Shown piece after piece: positions 27,729 to 39,417 of a stretch of DNA of 64,000 nucleotides. The DNA is taken from positions 8,607,320-8,671,319 of the forward strand of contig NC_057755.1 in the NCBI RefSeq assembly GCF_004010195.1, written 5' to 3'. Origin of the DNA: Chiloscyllium plagiosum. Taxonomy: Eukaryota. Position 1 is the stretch's first letter, and each line of letters begins with the position of its first letter. Made by a program: the position numbers and the translations under genes. The notes beneath the pieces are model-generated. The model was not told the origin of the DNA, did no database searches, and worked only from the letters and a program-made list of their open reading frames with translations.

Positions 27729-28324
27729 TGGGCGGCACAGTGGTTAGCACTGCTGCCTTACAGCTCCAAAGACCTGGATTCAATTCCCGCCTCAGGCGAC
27801 TGACTGCGTGGAGTTTGCACATTATCCCAGTGTCTGCGCAGGTTTCCTCCGAGTGCTCCGGTTTCCTCCCACGGTCCAAAGATGTGCAGGTTAGGTGAAT
27901 TGGCCATGCTAAATTGCCCGTCGTGTTAGGTGTAGGGGAATGGGTCTAGGTGGGTTGCTCTTCGGCGGGTTGATGTGGACTTGTTTGGGCCGAAGGTGAA
28001 GATACTGTCATGGACAGTATCACTGAGAGGGATGGGGAAGCTGTGTATACTGTCATGGGCAGTCAGTATCACTGAGGGGGTGGGGAAGGTGTGAATACTG
28101 TTAGGGGCAGTCAGTATCACTGAGAGGGCTGGGGAAGGTGAAGATACTGTCAGGGACAGTCAGTATCACTGAGAGAGGTGGGGAAGGTGAGGATACTGTC
28201 AGGGCAGTCAGTATCACTGAGAGGTGTGGGGGTGGTGAGGACACTGTCTGGGGCCGTCAGTATCACTGAGGGGATGGGGAAGGTGAAGATACTGTCAGGG
28301 GCAGTCAGTATGTAAGTAATCTAA
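27729..28324 (+). mobile_element. HE1/V-SINE inserted in the pseudogene coding region
   Basis: SINE body 27729-28007 and tail tgtaagtaatctaa 28311-28324. Confidence 0.9.
28003..28310. repeat. 49-bp minisatellite, about 6 copies
   Basis: Unit ~tggggaaggtgaagatactgtcaggggcagtcagtatcactgagaggga. Starts at 28081, 28130 and 28179 give a period of 49. Confidence 0.9.
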
Positions 28325-28691
28325 AAGAAGTAATGATTCGGTCCAGTATTAAAGGAAAAATGACGTGAAGTAAATCTGCTGTAGACATGCTCAACAAATA
28401 GTGAGTGATGCATTTGGAGAGCGCGAAATTGCCTCGATTCAGATTCACAATTCCCACTAAATCAACTGAAAGAAAAATAAATAAATGCACACTTTTTCCA
28501 GATTAGACCCACAGCAAAATCATCAGCTTGGATGACTGCTAAATCAGACCAATTGCCTCAGATTAATGCCTCGATGACATGAGACAGGATTAAAAGTTAC
28601 ATTGGAAGCATAGACTAACTCGAAACAGAATGAAATGAAGACATGTTGGGAACCAATGTACAAACAGAAAAAGTAAACAAATAAATTACGT

Positions 28692-28721
28692 GGAGGTATA
28701 GCTCAGTGGTAGAGCATTTGA
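28692..28721 (+). pseudogene. 5' half of tRNA-Cys(GCA), retrocopy fragment
   Basis: ggaggtatagctcagtggtagagcatttga matches the first 30 nt of vertebrate tRNA-Cys as recalled (GGGGGTATAGCTCAGTGGTAGAGCATTTGA) at 29 of 30 positions. Stops before the anticodon. Confidence 0.75.
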
Positions 28722-28725
28722 TAGT

Positions 28726-29024
28726 GGGTGGCACAGTGGCACAGTGGTTAGCACTGCTGCCTCACAGCGCCAGAGAGACCCAGGTTTAATTCCCGCCTCA
28801 AGCGACTGTCTGTGTGGCGTTTCCACATTTTCCCCGGGTTTCCTCCGGGTGCTCCGGTTTCCTCCCACCGTCCAAAAATGTGCAGGTGAATTGGCCACGC
28901 GAAATTGCCCATAGTGTTAGGGGTAAATGTAGGGGAATGTGTCTGGGTGGGTTGCGCTTCAGTGGGTCGATTTGCACTTGTGGGGCCGAAGGACCTGTTT
29001 CCACTCTGTAAGTAATCTAATCTA
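28726..29024 (+). mobile_element. HE1/V-SINE
   Basis: Consensus head, core and taatctaatcta tail. Confidence 0.9.
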
Positions 29025-29139
29025 AATGAGAAATAAAACCCGTGATGAATGGAAGGTTCAGCATTATCAATGGTGGAAACAAAGAAGCAGGTCCTGCTTG
29101 ATCCTCCCTCTCACTGACATCTCTCCTGTAAGACCTTGG

Positions 29140-29442
29140 GTTTGATTTTACCTTTTGTGACAAAGGATGCTTGTGGGCAAGTATTTAGAACAACATCGTT
29201 AAATTGGTATGATTTGTTGGGTCTTCGGAATAGGTTAAAATATTCTGAATCCTTTGTTTCTCTTTTGTTTGTATTTCATCTGATAATCTTGCAAATAAAT
29301 TGTTTCGTTTAAAACTAAGTGGTTGGGCCAGCTGCAGCACATATGGAATATCCACTTAACACCTGCTTAAAACAACTTGCAAATTTAGTGTCCGGCTACT
29401 TCCTTGAAATGTTTTGAGGGGGGTCTGGCCTGGTCCATAACA
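29140..29442 (+). mobile_element. LTR 3' fragment related to family B
   Basis: Ends gtctggcctggtccataaca, the reverse complement of the family-B LTR terminus, followed by gattgg. Confidence 0.6.
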
Positions 29443-29984
29443 GATTGGTTATTATGGATGTCCATTGGATGTGCAAGGAGTTAATTTGTCAAAAATAATT
29501 TAGAAGCTGCGAGCTTCATTCATGACACGTGGACTCCAGAAAATATTGGAAGCGAGATCGCTGAAAGTATTTGAAAAACGAGATCGATAGAATTTTTAAA
29601 TACCAAGAGGTTGAGGGCTATGTGGAGCTGGAACGAAAGAAGTTTGAGACTTGCAGCAGTTGAGTCATGATCTTATCGAACAGCCGGCAGGATTGAGGAT
29701 TGCCTGCATCTGCTCCTGTTCCTGAGGTTTATATAACATATCAAGAATTCTTAAACATCAAGAAAGTGTGAGAATTCAAGCTTTGGAGGAGATCAAAAGG
29801 AATCAGGAAAATTAACTTTATATACCACCCTGATTGATCATTGAACTATAAAAAGAAATATGGTTACGAACAGCAGACTGCAGAACTCCAGGAAGAAGGC
29901 ATTGAGGACCATTCTCAGAAATGGATCCTTTGACGCAGGGTGTGAAAATAGATTAAAGTATACAGAAATCAAACAAGTGTTTGG

Positions 29985-30335
29985 CGGTGGCACGGTGAAT
30001 TAGTGGATAGCACTACTGTCTCACAGCGCCAGAGAGTCGGGTTTCATCCCCTCCTCGGGCGATTGTCTGTGTGGAGTTGGCGCATTCTCCCGTGTCTCCG
30101 TCGGTTTCCTCTGAGTATTCCGGTTTTCTCCCACAGACAAAAGATTTGTAGTTTGTTTGGATTGGCCATGGTAACTTGTCCCATTGTATTGAGAGTTGTG
30201 CAGGCTAGGTGGTAAGTCATGGGAAATGCAAAATTAAAGGAATAGTGTGGGTGCGCCATGAGTCTGGGTTAGATAATCTGAGGAGGATTCATGTGGATTA
30301 GATGGGTCGAATATTCCACATTGTTGGGTTTCTAT
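29985..30335 (+). mobile_element. Older V-SINE, paralogous to 48028-48365
   Basis: SINE head and core motifs with shared flanks. Confidence 0.8.
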
Positions 30336-31209
30336 GAACTGAGGTTCTGCGGAAAGAACTTCAGGGAATATGGAAGTACTAAAATGGTAGAACTGACGAA
30401 AAACAAAGATCCTTCTCGCAAAGTCTGTTGTCCTGCTCCTCCCCCTTGGCAAGAGAATTTCAATTTGATAAAATAATGGTGTTGAATTGCACAAATCAAT
30501 TTTATCTGCATTCCAGGAGAAAAAGAAGAACATATTTAATTCAAAGCCATACAAAACAATGTTCGAATATTAATCTTAACAAGTGCTGTAAAATCATATA
30601 TTATTTGATTGACTTCCATTTGTAGACAGTGCCAGAAATTTTAAAGCATCGATATGTTTTCCAATTCAAACTGTTCAGAAATGTTATGATATACCTTATG
30701 AACAGGTTGAACTTGGTCCACAAGTCAGGATGAATAACATCAATACAGCAGAGTTGATTGTGGTTGGGAAGGTACTGGGAAGCCAATATACTTCGGCTGG
30801 TTGAAATTGCAACAGTCATAATGTAAAAATATATATTAACAAGCCCCAGGCATCATGCTGTCTAATTATTTACTCAAGCTCACAACAGGCAGACACAGTG
30901 AAAGCTGTCATTTTATGTGCAGTGCTGCTAATCTGATGATTCGGATTTGAAGTTATTTTGAATTGCTGCGTTTGATAATGATATTTTACACCTTCTACTA
31001 AAAAAAATTTAAAAAATGATCACAGGAGCAAGCGATTGCCAGAAATCAGAAAATATATCTTTCAATACTAACATGTAATAGAAAATTATTGCAATCATCA
31101 CAAATAAACGAACTTAGAAAGAACTATGTGGGAAAGGTGACTAACCAACATATGCAATAAAATTAAAAGTCTCATGTACTCATTAGTTTCATGTACTCAT
31201 TAGCAGATA

Positions 31210-31745
31210 TGTAACACCTTACTCAACATTTCGCGAGCAGTTCTTGGGCCCCGTGTCTAAGGAAGGATGCATTGAACTTGAAGGAGGTTCAGAGAAGGTT
31301 CATAAGAATGGTCTTAGCGATGAAGGGTTTGCTTAGAAGGAGCGGTTAAGGACTCTGTCTAATCCGCAATATGGTTTAGAAATATGAAGGGCAGTCTGTT
31401 TGAAATTTACAGAATATTGAGAGACCGGGATAGAGTTGACGTGGAGAAGATGTTTCCATTAATAGGACGCATCAGGACCTGAGGCACAATCTTGGGATTG
31501 GAACTGAGACAAGGAAGAACTTCTTCAGCCAGAGGATGGTGAATCTGTCGAATTAATTGCCACAGAAAGGCTCTGTAGACCAAGTCACGAAGTGTATTGA
31601 AGAGACGGATAGCTGTTGATGAACTATCAAGGATTACAGGGAGAAAGCTAGAAAATGGCGTTAAGAAACGTCAGCCATGATTGAATGCCTTAGCTCATTC
31701 ATTGGGCCCGATGGTCTAATTCTGCTCCTATGTCTTATCTTATGG
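31210..31745 (+). mobile_element. Old CR1 3' fragment
   Basis: Paralog of 9862-10407. Confidence 0.75.
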
Positions 31746-31804
31746 ACAAGTAGTGAATGACATTTGATCCACAAAAGTGTCAGGCAATAACCATCTTCAA
31801 CTCT

Positions 31805-33381
31805 ATAGGGAAAAGCCGAGGCAGAAATCGGAGGCTGGAAAGGGAAGGAATCATTAACCCAGGAGAGTCTGCAGAATCAACAGCACTGCACGTACTGATT
31901 GTTAAACCTAATTGGCCTTTTGCCATTTGAGGATTTTAAACAATCTGTACACCAATTCTCACAGCTAGATAAATATCTAATCCCTCATTATAGAGGACAG
32001 CATTTTATTATGGAGAACAAGAGGGATTGTTCCGAGTAAAGTAGTCTAACTGATATTGGTTGAATACCAGCAGGGTTATCCAGGGCTGTCCAAAATGAAG
32101 ATGTTGGAGTGAAGTTACGTCTGATGGCCAGGATTGGATGCCAACATGGCCACGTTGGTGGGACAGTGCTCAGTGCTCATATGGATAAACATTATTTGCA
32201 GCAGGCACCCCCAACCCCCACCCCACCCCCACACTCCTGCAAACGGCTGGGTAAACCCTGGATTAGTTTACACATGGACTATATCGGCCCTTTCATGAGC
32301 TTAATGTTCTTGGTTATTGTGGATGTCCATTGAAAGTGGTTGGACCTGCATTGAATTCATTTTGTAAACTACGTGATGATGATTTAGTGGCTGTGAACAT
32401 CATCCATGATATACTGACTCCTGGAAGTACTGGTCACAGACAAGAGCATGTCATTTTCCAGCAGTGTTTTCCAGTTTTTCCTGACCTCAAGTATCATTCG
32501 GCATGTTCAGACAGCTCCATGCTATCCACCATCGAATAGTCTGGTAAAAAGAGCAGTTCAAGCATTGAAGGCAGGTTTAAAGAAACAGCCAACAGCTTCA
32601 CTCGATACCAAACTGTCCCGGGTCCTGTTCGATTATAGGACCATCCCTCACAAAACAACAGAACTAGCTCCAACAGAGTTGTTAATGGGGAGAAGATGCT
32701 GCACCAAGGTTAAACCTGATATTCCCAGACCTGGGAGAGGGTGAAACAGCATCAGGAGCACCAATACCAGATAAATGTCTCCTCTAATCGAGAGAGACAG
32801 TTAACTTGAGGAAACGAAGGTCGGTGTCGAAACAACAGAAATGGCGATGCATGGGTAAAAGATAAGGCTATTGTGACGTTTGATTCCAAAACTTACATGG
32901 TTTCGTAAGTGAAGCGTCCCTGAACAAGAAGGTAGATCATATGAAAGCTGCTCCGTTGCACACTTGGCTGGAGCAATGCATACCTGGCTCCTCAGAACAG
33001 CCAGATAGTCTAACAGAAACCGTGGGCTCTTCCCTCTGCTTAGCGAAGAAGACACCTTCCAGTCTGAGATGGATGCAGCCTCGAAACCGTTACCAACAAA
33101 TAAGAAGAGGAAAGTCTCCCGTGACACTCTGGGGGCAAGAGACTGGTTACAGTCCAGTATACATCACCCCATGGCCGGTTCAGAGTCAGAGAAACAAGAC
33201 CTGGGGTAAAAGTATGCGAGGGAAGCTACAAGAGAATGAACAGGCGTGCATCCCTGACTTGGTCGGGGAGTAATGTCGTCATTGAAACAAGGGCCTGGTG
33301 GATCACTGACGATGTGAGCCTTGACTAGGGCTGTTAACCTGGTCTAATCAGGGAGCCCTGGCTGACAGAGTTAAACAGGAG
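31805..33381 (+). mobile_element. Gypsy family-A pol remnant plus 5' half of the 3' LTR (~33272-33381)
   Basis: KPWISLHMDYIGPFM, TAPCYPPSNSLVKRAVQ and LFDYRTIPHKTT integrase motifs; PPT ggggag. Confidence 0.85.
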
Positions 33382-33620
33382 CTGGTCTCTGCCGTGTGCC
33401 TGTCCCTCTTCTGCAGTGGGGTCCGAGGGTGGGTGTCCTCGGAGAGGGAGCATGGAGTGTCTCGATGCATTTAGGGAGAATTGTTCCTGTGAGGGAGAGA
33501 GTGCTTGGTTCCCCCTCCAACCCCATCTTCATTTCATCTTTCTTATTCACTTCCCTTTCATCGTTGGCCTTGCTTGTTATTGAAGTCTTGTCCACATAGA
33601 TGCTTTTCCTGGTGGTTGAA
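33382..33620 (+). mobile_element. Diverged Tx1-like LINE 3' end at the LTR target site
   Basis: VRGWVSSEREHGVS and PSNPIFI are homologous to VRARVSLEKEHAVS and PSNSILI. Begins directly after taaacaggag. Confidence 0.7.
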
Positions 33621-34294
33621 TCATAGAATGACCAACCATACCCTTAAAGAGGAAATTCCAGAATATTAACCGAGTGTCAGTGAAGCAACAGGTATATATT
33701 TCCCAGTCGAGATGATGAGTGATTTGGAGGGGAACGTGTGGGGAGTGGTGTTCCCATGTATCTGTACCTTTGACTGGAGGGAAGTGGTCAAGTCTTGGAG
33801 GGTACTGCCTCAGGATCTTTGGTGAATTTCTGCAGTGCATCTTGTAACTGGTACACACTGCAGTTATTGAGTGTTAGCGGTGAATGGGCGGGACGTTTGT
33901 GAATGCAGATATAATCAAGTGGATTGCTTTGTCCTGGATGGAATAAATAATTTTCTTTATAATTAGCATCATTGCTCAGTATTCCTTTCAAAGTGAATGT
34001 TGGTGCTGAGTCTCAAAGTCCAGGGAGCAGCTTAGACATTTTGAGGCAAGTGACCATACATTTTGTATTGTAATTAACTGTACAGGAAAAAAGTAACACC
34101 AAGAGTCACAATTTTAGGAACTGAAATCTAAACTTGTATTTTATAACAGCTTAAACAAAACAAAATGCATGGTGCACCCAAAGAAGGAGGTTCAGGAATG
34201 ATGACAATGTGATTGTTTCAATGATGGGTAGTGCGATGCAACAATGAGAACAACTGAACAAGTTGATTTTTGGAGGCATAGGCAGAGTCTGAAA

Positions 34295-34490
34295 GTGGGT
34301 CGAGAGCGTGGTGCTGGAAAAGCACAGCAGGTCAGGCAGTATCCGAGGAGCAGGAGCACATCCATTCCTGATGAAGCGCTGATGCCCGAAATGTCAATTA
34401 TCCTGCTCCTCGATGCTGCTTGACGTGCAGTGTTTTTTTCCATTACCACACTCTCGACCCTGATCTCCAGAATCTGCACTGGTCACTTTT
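34295..34490. mobile_element. Penelope-derived palindromic repeat
   Basis: Inverted arms and a CTGATGA...cccGAAA core near 34368-34391. Confidence 0.7.
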
Positions 34491-35000
34491 TGTAAGGGAC
34501 TGAAAATGAAAATGAATCATCACAACTGCAAATAATGCCACTAAAATCAAATTTCAGAATGACAGTAGCTTGGAAGATTTTATGTTTAATGTTTGCATTT
34601 CGTTGCCATGGTAGTCAGTCATTGAACATATTTACGCAGATTTTTCACTGAACCTTTAACATAAGAATGTAAGCTTATTGATTACGGAAATCAATGATTT
34701 AAATAGTTTTCGAATTGGACTAGTTTTTCACATGAAACACATAATCAAAAACTCAATCCTTTGACCAGCAAAATCCTTGACAGATACTATATCTCAATGA
34801 CATATTTTAAATACAAATCGTTAATTTTTTGCACAACTGATCATTTAAAATTCTCGTGGCCAAGAGTCGTCTTTCCAATTCTGAGAACATGGAGTTCTTT
34901 TCAGTTAATGAAACCTGGGAAATTTCACAAGTTAGTTCAACTTGGAGATCCTGTAGGAATACTGGAAATCCATCTTCAAATACAGGTCAAGCTTGTATGC

Positions 35001-35905
35001 TTATTGGCACAATTTAATAATTCGAGTAAATGGATATTTTACTCCATTGATAAATTCCTCTCTGAATTTAGTTTGTGTTAGAGCGTATATGCAAGTGTTG
35101 GTGCACGAACTCAGAAGCTGTAGCATGAATCCAATTTCTTGAAAGACAAATATTGCATCATTCAATGTCTTGTCTTTATAATTATAATTTGTTATTTGCC
35201 AGTTGAAAGAGTGTAGGACATATGTCATCCACAACAGTACAAAATTAGCAGACAATGCAAAGAGCAAGATGATGGATTTTCTCCTGTTTACCACCTCTGG
35301 ATCACTATTATTCTGTCCATTTCCGTGGATCTGGAGGCGACAGCGGATGCGGTTAGATGTCATAATATTCCTGACAGTCAGAGCATTGAATATTAAAATC
35401 AATACAATTGGAAGCAATGGTGTAATTATACTGTCAAACCATTCATACACATTCCAGAATAATGATGTATAATAGGCTGATTTAAAGATGCAAAACCATG
35501 GTATATTGTCAATAACAAACGAAGGAATAATTGCAAAATACCAAGCACTTGATTTCAAACAGCTGACCACACTCACAGTTACTATAACCACAAATGCCAT
35601 TCTCGCATTGCAATATCTTGCTCTTAGTTTCTGGCAACAAATTGCTACAAACCGATCAAATGTGAAAGCAACTGTGAACCAAACTGAACAGTCTCGGGTT
35701 GCAATGAACATTGCAAGTCTCAAGGTACACACAGGAGTGATGGATAAAAAAGTAACTGGGAAATAAAGATTGTTAATTCGGTGCAGTAAGACATTAAAGA
35801 TGACGAGAAGCAGGTCTGCTGTAGACATTGCCAACAAATAGCGAGTGACGCATTTGGAGAGCCCACAATTGCCTCGATTCAGAATCACAATTCCCACCAA
35901 GTTAA
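35001..35905 (-). CDS. Coding exon 2 of an intact GPR139/GPR142-like class A GPCR (probable G-protein coupled receptor 139-like; 324 aa with exon 1 at 51086-51155)
   Basis: Open 905-nt exon with pyrimidine tract and cag|TT acceptor in phase with exon 1 (GII-V-NLVGIVIL). Hydrophobic TM segments, AMSTADLL (TM2), TFDRFVAIC (DRY-like), PLLPIVLILIFN (TM5), SCTNTCIY (NPxxY-like) and KFREE (helix 8). TAA at 35001-35003. Confidence 0.93.
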
Positions 35906-37446
35906 CTGTAAGAAAAATCAAAAAATGCACACTTCCTCACGATTAGAATCACAGCAAAATCATCAGCATAATATATCTGAAAAATCAGACCAATTGCCTC
36001 AGATTAATATGTTAACTCAATTACACGATGCACAGTGAAAAAGTTATATTGGAATTACAGACTCAAGCAAACCAGAATGAAATAAAGACACGCTGGGAAA
36101 AAAATAGAGAAGCAGAGTAAATCAACAAATAAGCGAGAATAAGAACCATAAAAGAAAAAATGAAATATTTTAATGCAAGTAGGTCATGCTAACAGACTCA
36201 TTGAAATATTGCTACAAAATATTGTAGCAGACTTTTCATACTTATTAAACTGGTAATGGAAGAAAAAAATCAAATCAAAATGTTAATAAGGACAAGATAT
36301 TTTCCATCAATGGACCTGATCGGGAACTGAGTATGAACAATCACAACAGTATACTTTTTTATGAAGTAAAACTGAGATGGTTGAATATGAAGTCTGAATT
36401 GTTGGATTGAGGTGTCACTGAATTGGGTCCCATGCTTTCTCATGTATGCTAGTCACAAATCTGTAGGGTCTGTTAATGAGGGGAGGTAGACCTCAGAGTT
36501 GGGGAGACATAGGAGCATGTGAGAATCAATAGGGAACTTAGTGAATGTGGTTCTTTATCATAACAGTAATACTGTAATTGGAAGGTGTGATTACAACCTG
36601 CTTGATTAGCATCACATCTACAAAAGTATCCACCTCATCTACAACCAAAACGCAGGGCCAGCAGTGTGTACTATCTCCAAACTTCGCTGCAGAAATTCAC
36701 CAAGGATTAACATAAAGCAATAGCCACACTCCGATTCCATACACAAGTACAGGATGTCTGATACACGGTAACACCACCACGTGCAAGTTCCCTTGAAGAC
36801 ATCACCATCCTGACTTGGAAATACATCACCGTTCCTTCACTATTGCTGGGTCACAATCATGGAGCTCCCTGCACCAGGCCATTGTGGGTAACCCCACAGC
36901 AAGCAGCACAGCGGTTCAAGAAAGTGCCACCATCTTCTCAAGGGGCAACTAGGAATGGGCAATACATACAAATCTGGCAGCTCACATCCCATTCATGAAT
37001 GAGAAAAAAAGGATCAGTCAGATTTCAAAATTCATTCGAATATGCCAATTACTGTTCAGATCACTTGCGTTTACAAGGTTAAATTTTGTAGAGTGATATG
37101 GACAGTGGTATTGGGAAAGAATGACGAAATGAATCACTCAGCACCCGGCGTGTTTAATATGCGACACTGGTGTGAGGAAACATCTGGCGTTCAGGAAGCT
37201 TCTTCACTGAACAAAGGAAAGGCGTATATGTTTATACATTCATTTCATCCCACCATTATAGAACGATCATGTTAATAATTTCGAACATGCACAACTAATC
37301 TGATTACTTATGTGGCTGTCAGGTCAGTGATGGAAAGCGTTGTAGTCAGCCTTTGGTCTTCTATGAAGTCATGATGTTTCCCAGACACACCTATCTCTAT
37401 CCTTGGAGCTTTCGCAGTGAGTACTGTATATAACCACATTTCAATA

Positions 37447-37757
37447 TGGGTGGCAGAGCAGTTAGCACTGCTGCCTCACAGCGCCAGAGACCCGGGTTCA
37501 ATTCCCGCCTCAGGCAACTGTCTGTGTGGAGTTGTACATTCTCCCCGTGTCTGCATGGGTTTCCTCCGGGTGCTCTGGTTTCCTTCGTCTGTCGAAAAAC
37601 GTGCAGGTTAGGTGAATTGGCCATGTTAAATTGCCCAGAGTGTTAGGTGAAGGGGTAAATGTAGGGGAACGGGTCTGGGTGGATTGCTCTTCGAAGTGTC
37701 AGTGTGGACGTGTTCGGCCGAAGGGCCTACTTCCACACTGTAATTAATCTAATCTAA
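37447..37757 (+). mobile_element. HE1/V-SINE
   Basis: Consensus body and tail. Absent from the paralogous site at ~6130. Confidence 0.9.
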
Positions 37758-37821
37758 TACTGCTGACGTCTGCACCTGCATTTCAATCCTATCTGTAATA
37801 GTATGGGACTCCTCCTTTACT

Positions 37822-38123
37822 GGGCGGCACGGTGGCACAGGGGTTAGCACTGCTGCCTCACAGTGCCAGAGACCCGGGTTCAATTCCCGCCTCAGGCGAC
37901 TGACTGTGTGGAGTTTGCACGTTCTCCCCGTGTCTGCGTGGGTTTCCTCCGGGTGCTCCGGTTTCCTCTACACAGTCACAAAGATGTGCAGGTTAGATGA
38001 ACATGCTAAATTGCCCAAGTGTTAGGTAAGGGGTAAATGTAGGGGTATGGGTGGGTTGCGCTTCGGCGGGTGGGTGTGGACTTGTTGGGCCGAAGGGCCT
38101 GTTCCACACTGTAATCTAATCTA
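37822..38123 (+). mobile_element. HE1/V-SINE (young)
   Basis: Near-consensus copy. Absent from the paralogous site at ~6195. Confidence 0.92.
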
Positions 38124-38490
38124 CTATCTCGAGGATTTTTAATGGAATCACTTTAATGCTTATTACGTTTTTACGGTTATGTGCATATCTATTCAAACTC
38201 TAACTGATTCATAACATGTAACTGTGAACATCTGGAAATCTCAACCAATTAAATCTATTTGCACTGGCTTTCAGACTTTACAACAGCTGACTATGGAATT
38301 GCTCTATCAGCATACTTAAGGGTGCCCTTATCCAGCCTTTTCTGCATCAGCAACTGCAGCTGCATGTCTCTAACAGGACCTTTTGTTTATTATTTTAACC
38401 TGTTACCTTGGATGTAATATGTCTGCAAAGCTACGACTGTCCGAAACACGTGCATTATTGTAATGCATCACCAAGCAAGTGTTTTGAAGT

Positions 38491-39262
38491 TGAAGACATG
38501 TACTGTACCTTAAAGATAGAGGGAATGCTGAACTGAACTGAGAGATTACAAGCAACTGTATGTAAGTTCAGATGGCAGTGTCAGAGTGCCCTAGAAAATT
38601 GAAAATTTGTAACATTTGGCTGTAAAATGAATCCTGAGTTTTGGTTCATGTTTTCAGAGCAAATCAAATTTAACCAAAGGCTAATTTAACGTTTTAAGTT
38701 ATGCCCCCGCATACTAAAATTCAATTGAGTTTACATTTATTGTTTTGCCAACATTGAACCAATGAGACCATCCAATGTTGGCATGATGTAAAAATGCAGA
38801 CATGTTGAAAATTGTTCAGAGATCAACTGCCACACAGAGAAACTACTGGAGAGCGAATTTCCCATCTAACATCTTGTTCTCCAAAGAAATAGAAAACACA
38901 CTCTTTCAATGGTACGTTTTCACGTGAAACATACTCGCAGTAAAAAGAAAGAAGAAGACCTGGAGAGAACATCAGCTGGAAGAGTGAAGACACAGAAGAG
39001 GACAAAGATCGTGTGGTTTTGAAATTAAATTGATGTACCTTTAATGAGTGTCTTTTTGGAACAGCGTATTGTCATAGAGTTTTTATAAAAGCATATTTTT
39101 GTAGAGTAAGATGTTCAGAGAAAAGAGGGCTTAGATTTGTGAAACGTTTACTGAATTTTGGGAGTTCTCTGTCACCCATATTTTAACATATTGCCAGGCA
39201 AGTCAAGCTGTTCTGTATGATTCGTTGAATTACCAGTGGGTTTCAATCTTTGTGTCATAACA
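38491..39262. mobile_element. Probable solo LTR of a third family
   Basis: TG...ATAACA termini and no ORF. Absent from the paralogous position at ~6560. Confidence 0.55.
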
Positions 39263-39417
39263 CATTCCAATTCTTAATCAACTGCAAGCCACTTTATACC
39301 ATCTTAATAGCGATGGGAACACGGTGAGCCAGGGACATCTCACAGAATATGAGTTTCCTGATTGGAGCTATTGACGTGGTCCAATCAGTGACCCCGGCTG
39401 ACTGATATAAACAGGAG

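Larger units (their letters stand above)
26989..28465 (-). pseudogene. GPR139-like GPCR pseudogene (orphan exon 2)
   Basis: Colinear with 35001-35905, with acceptor tttcag|TT at 28465, TFDRFVAVC and stop at 26989. Disrupted by a SINE plus minisatellite (27729-28324) and several frameshifting deletions. No exon 1 found between 28465 and 35001. Confidence 0.92.

Noticed and set aside
28692..28721. Functional tRNA gene
   Set aside because: Only the 5' 30 nt are present, with no anticodon, T arm or 3' acceptor strand. The SINE heads elsewhere are likewise not tRNA genes.
35906..35930. ORF-track N-terminus MHFLIFLT (GTG start), implying a single-exon GPCR
   Set aside because: This is the intron's polypyrimidine tract and acceptor. 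TM1 is completed by exon 1 at 51086-51155. The same applies to ORF 28305-28490.
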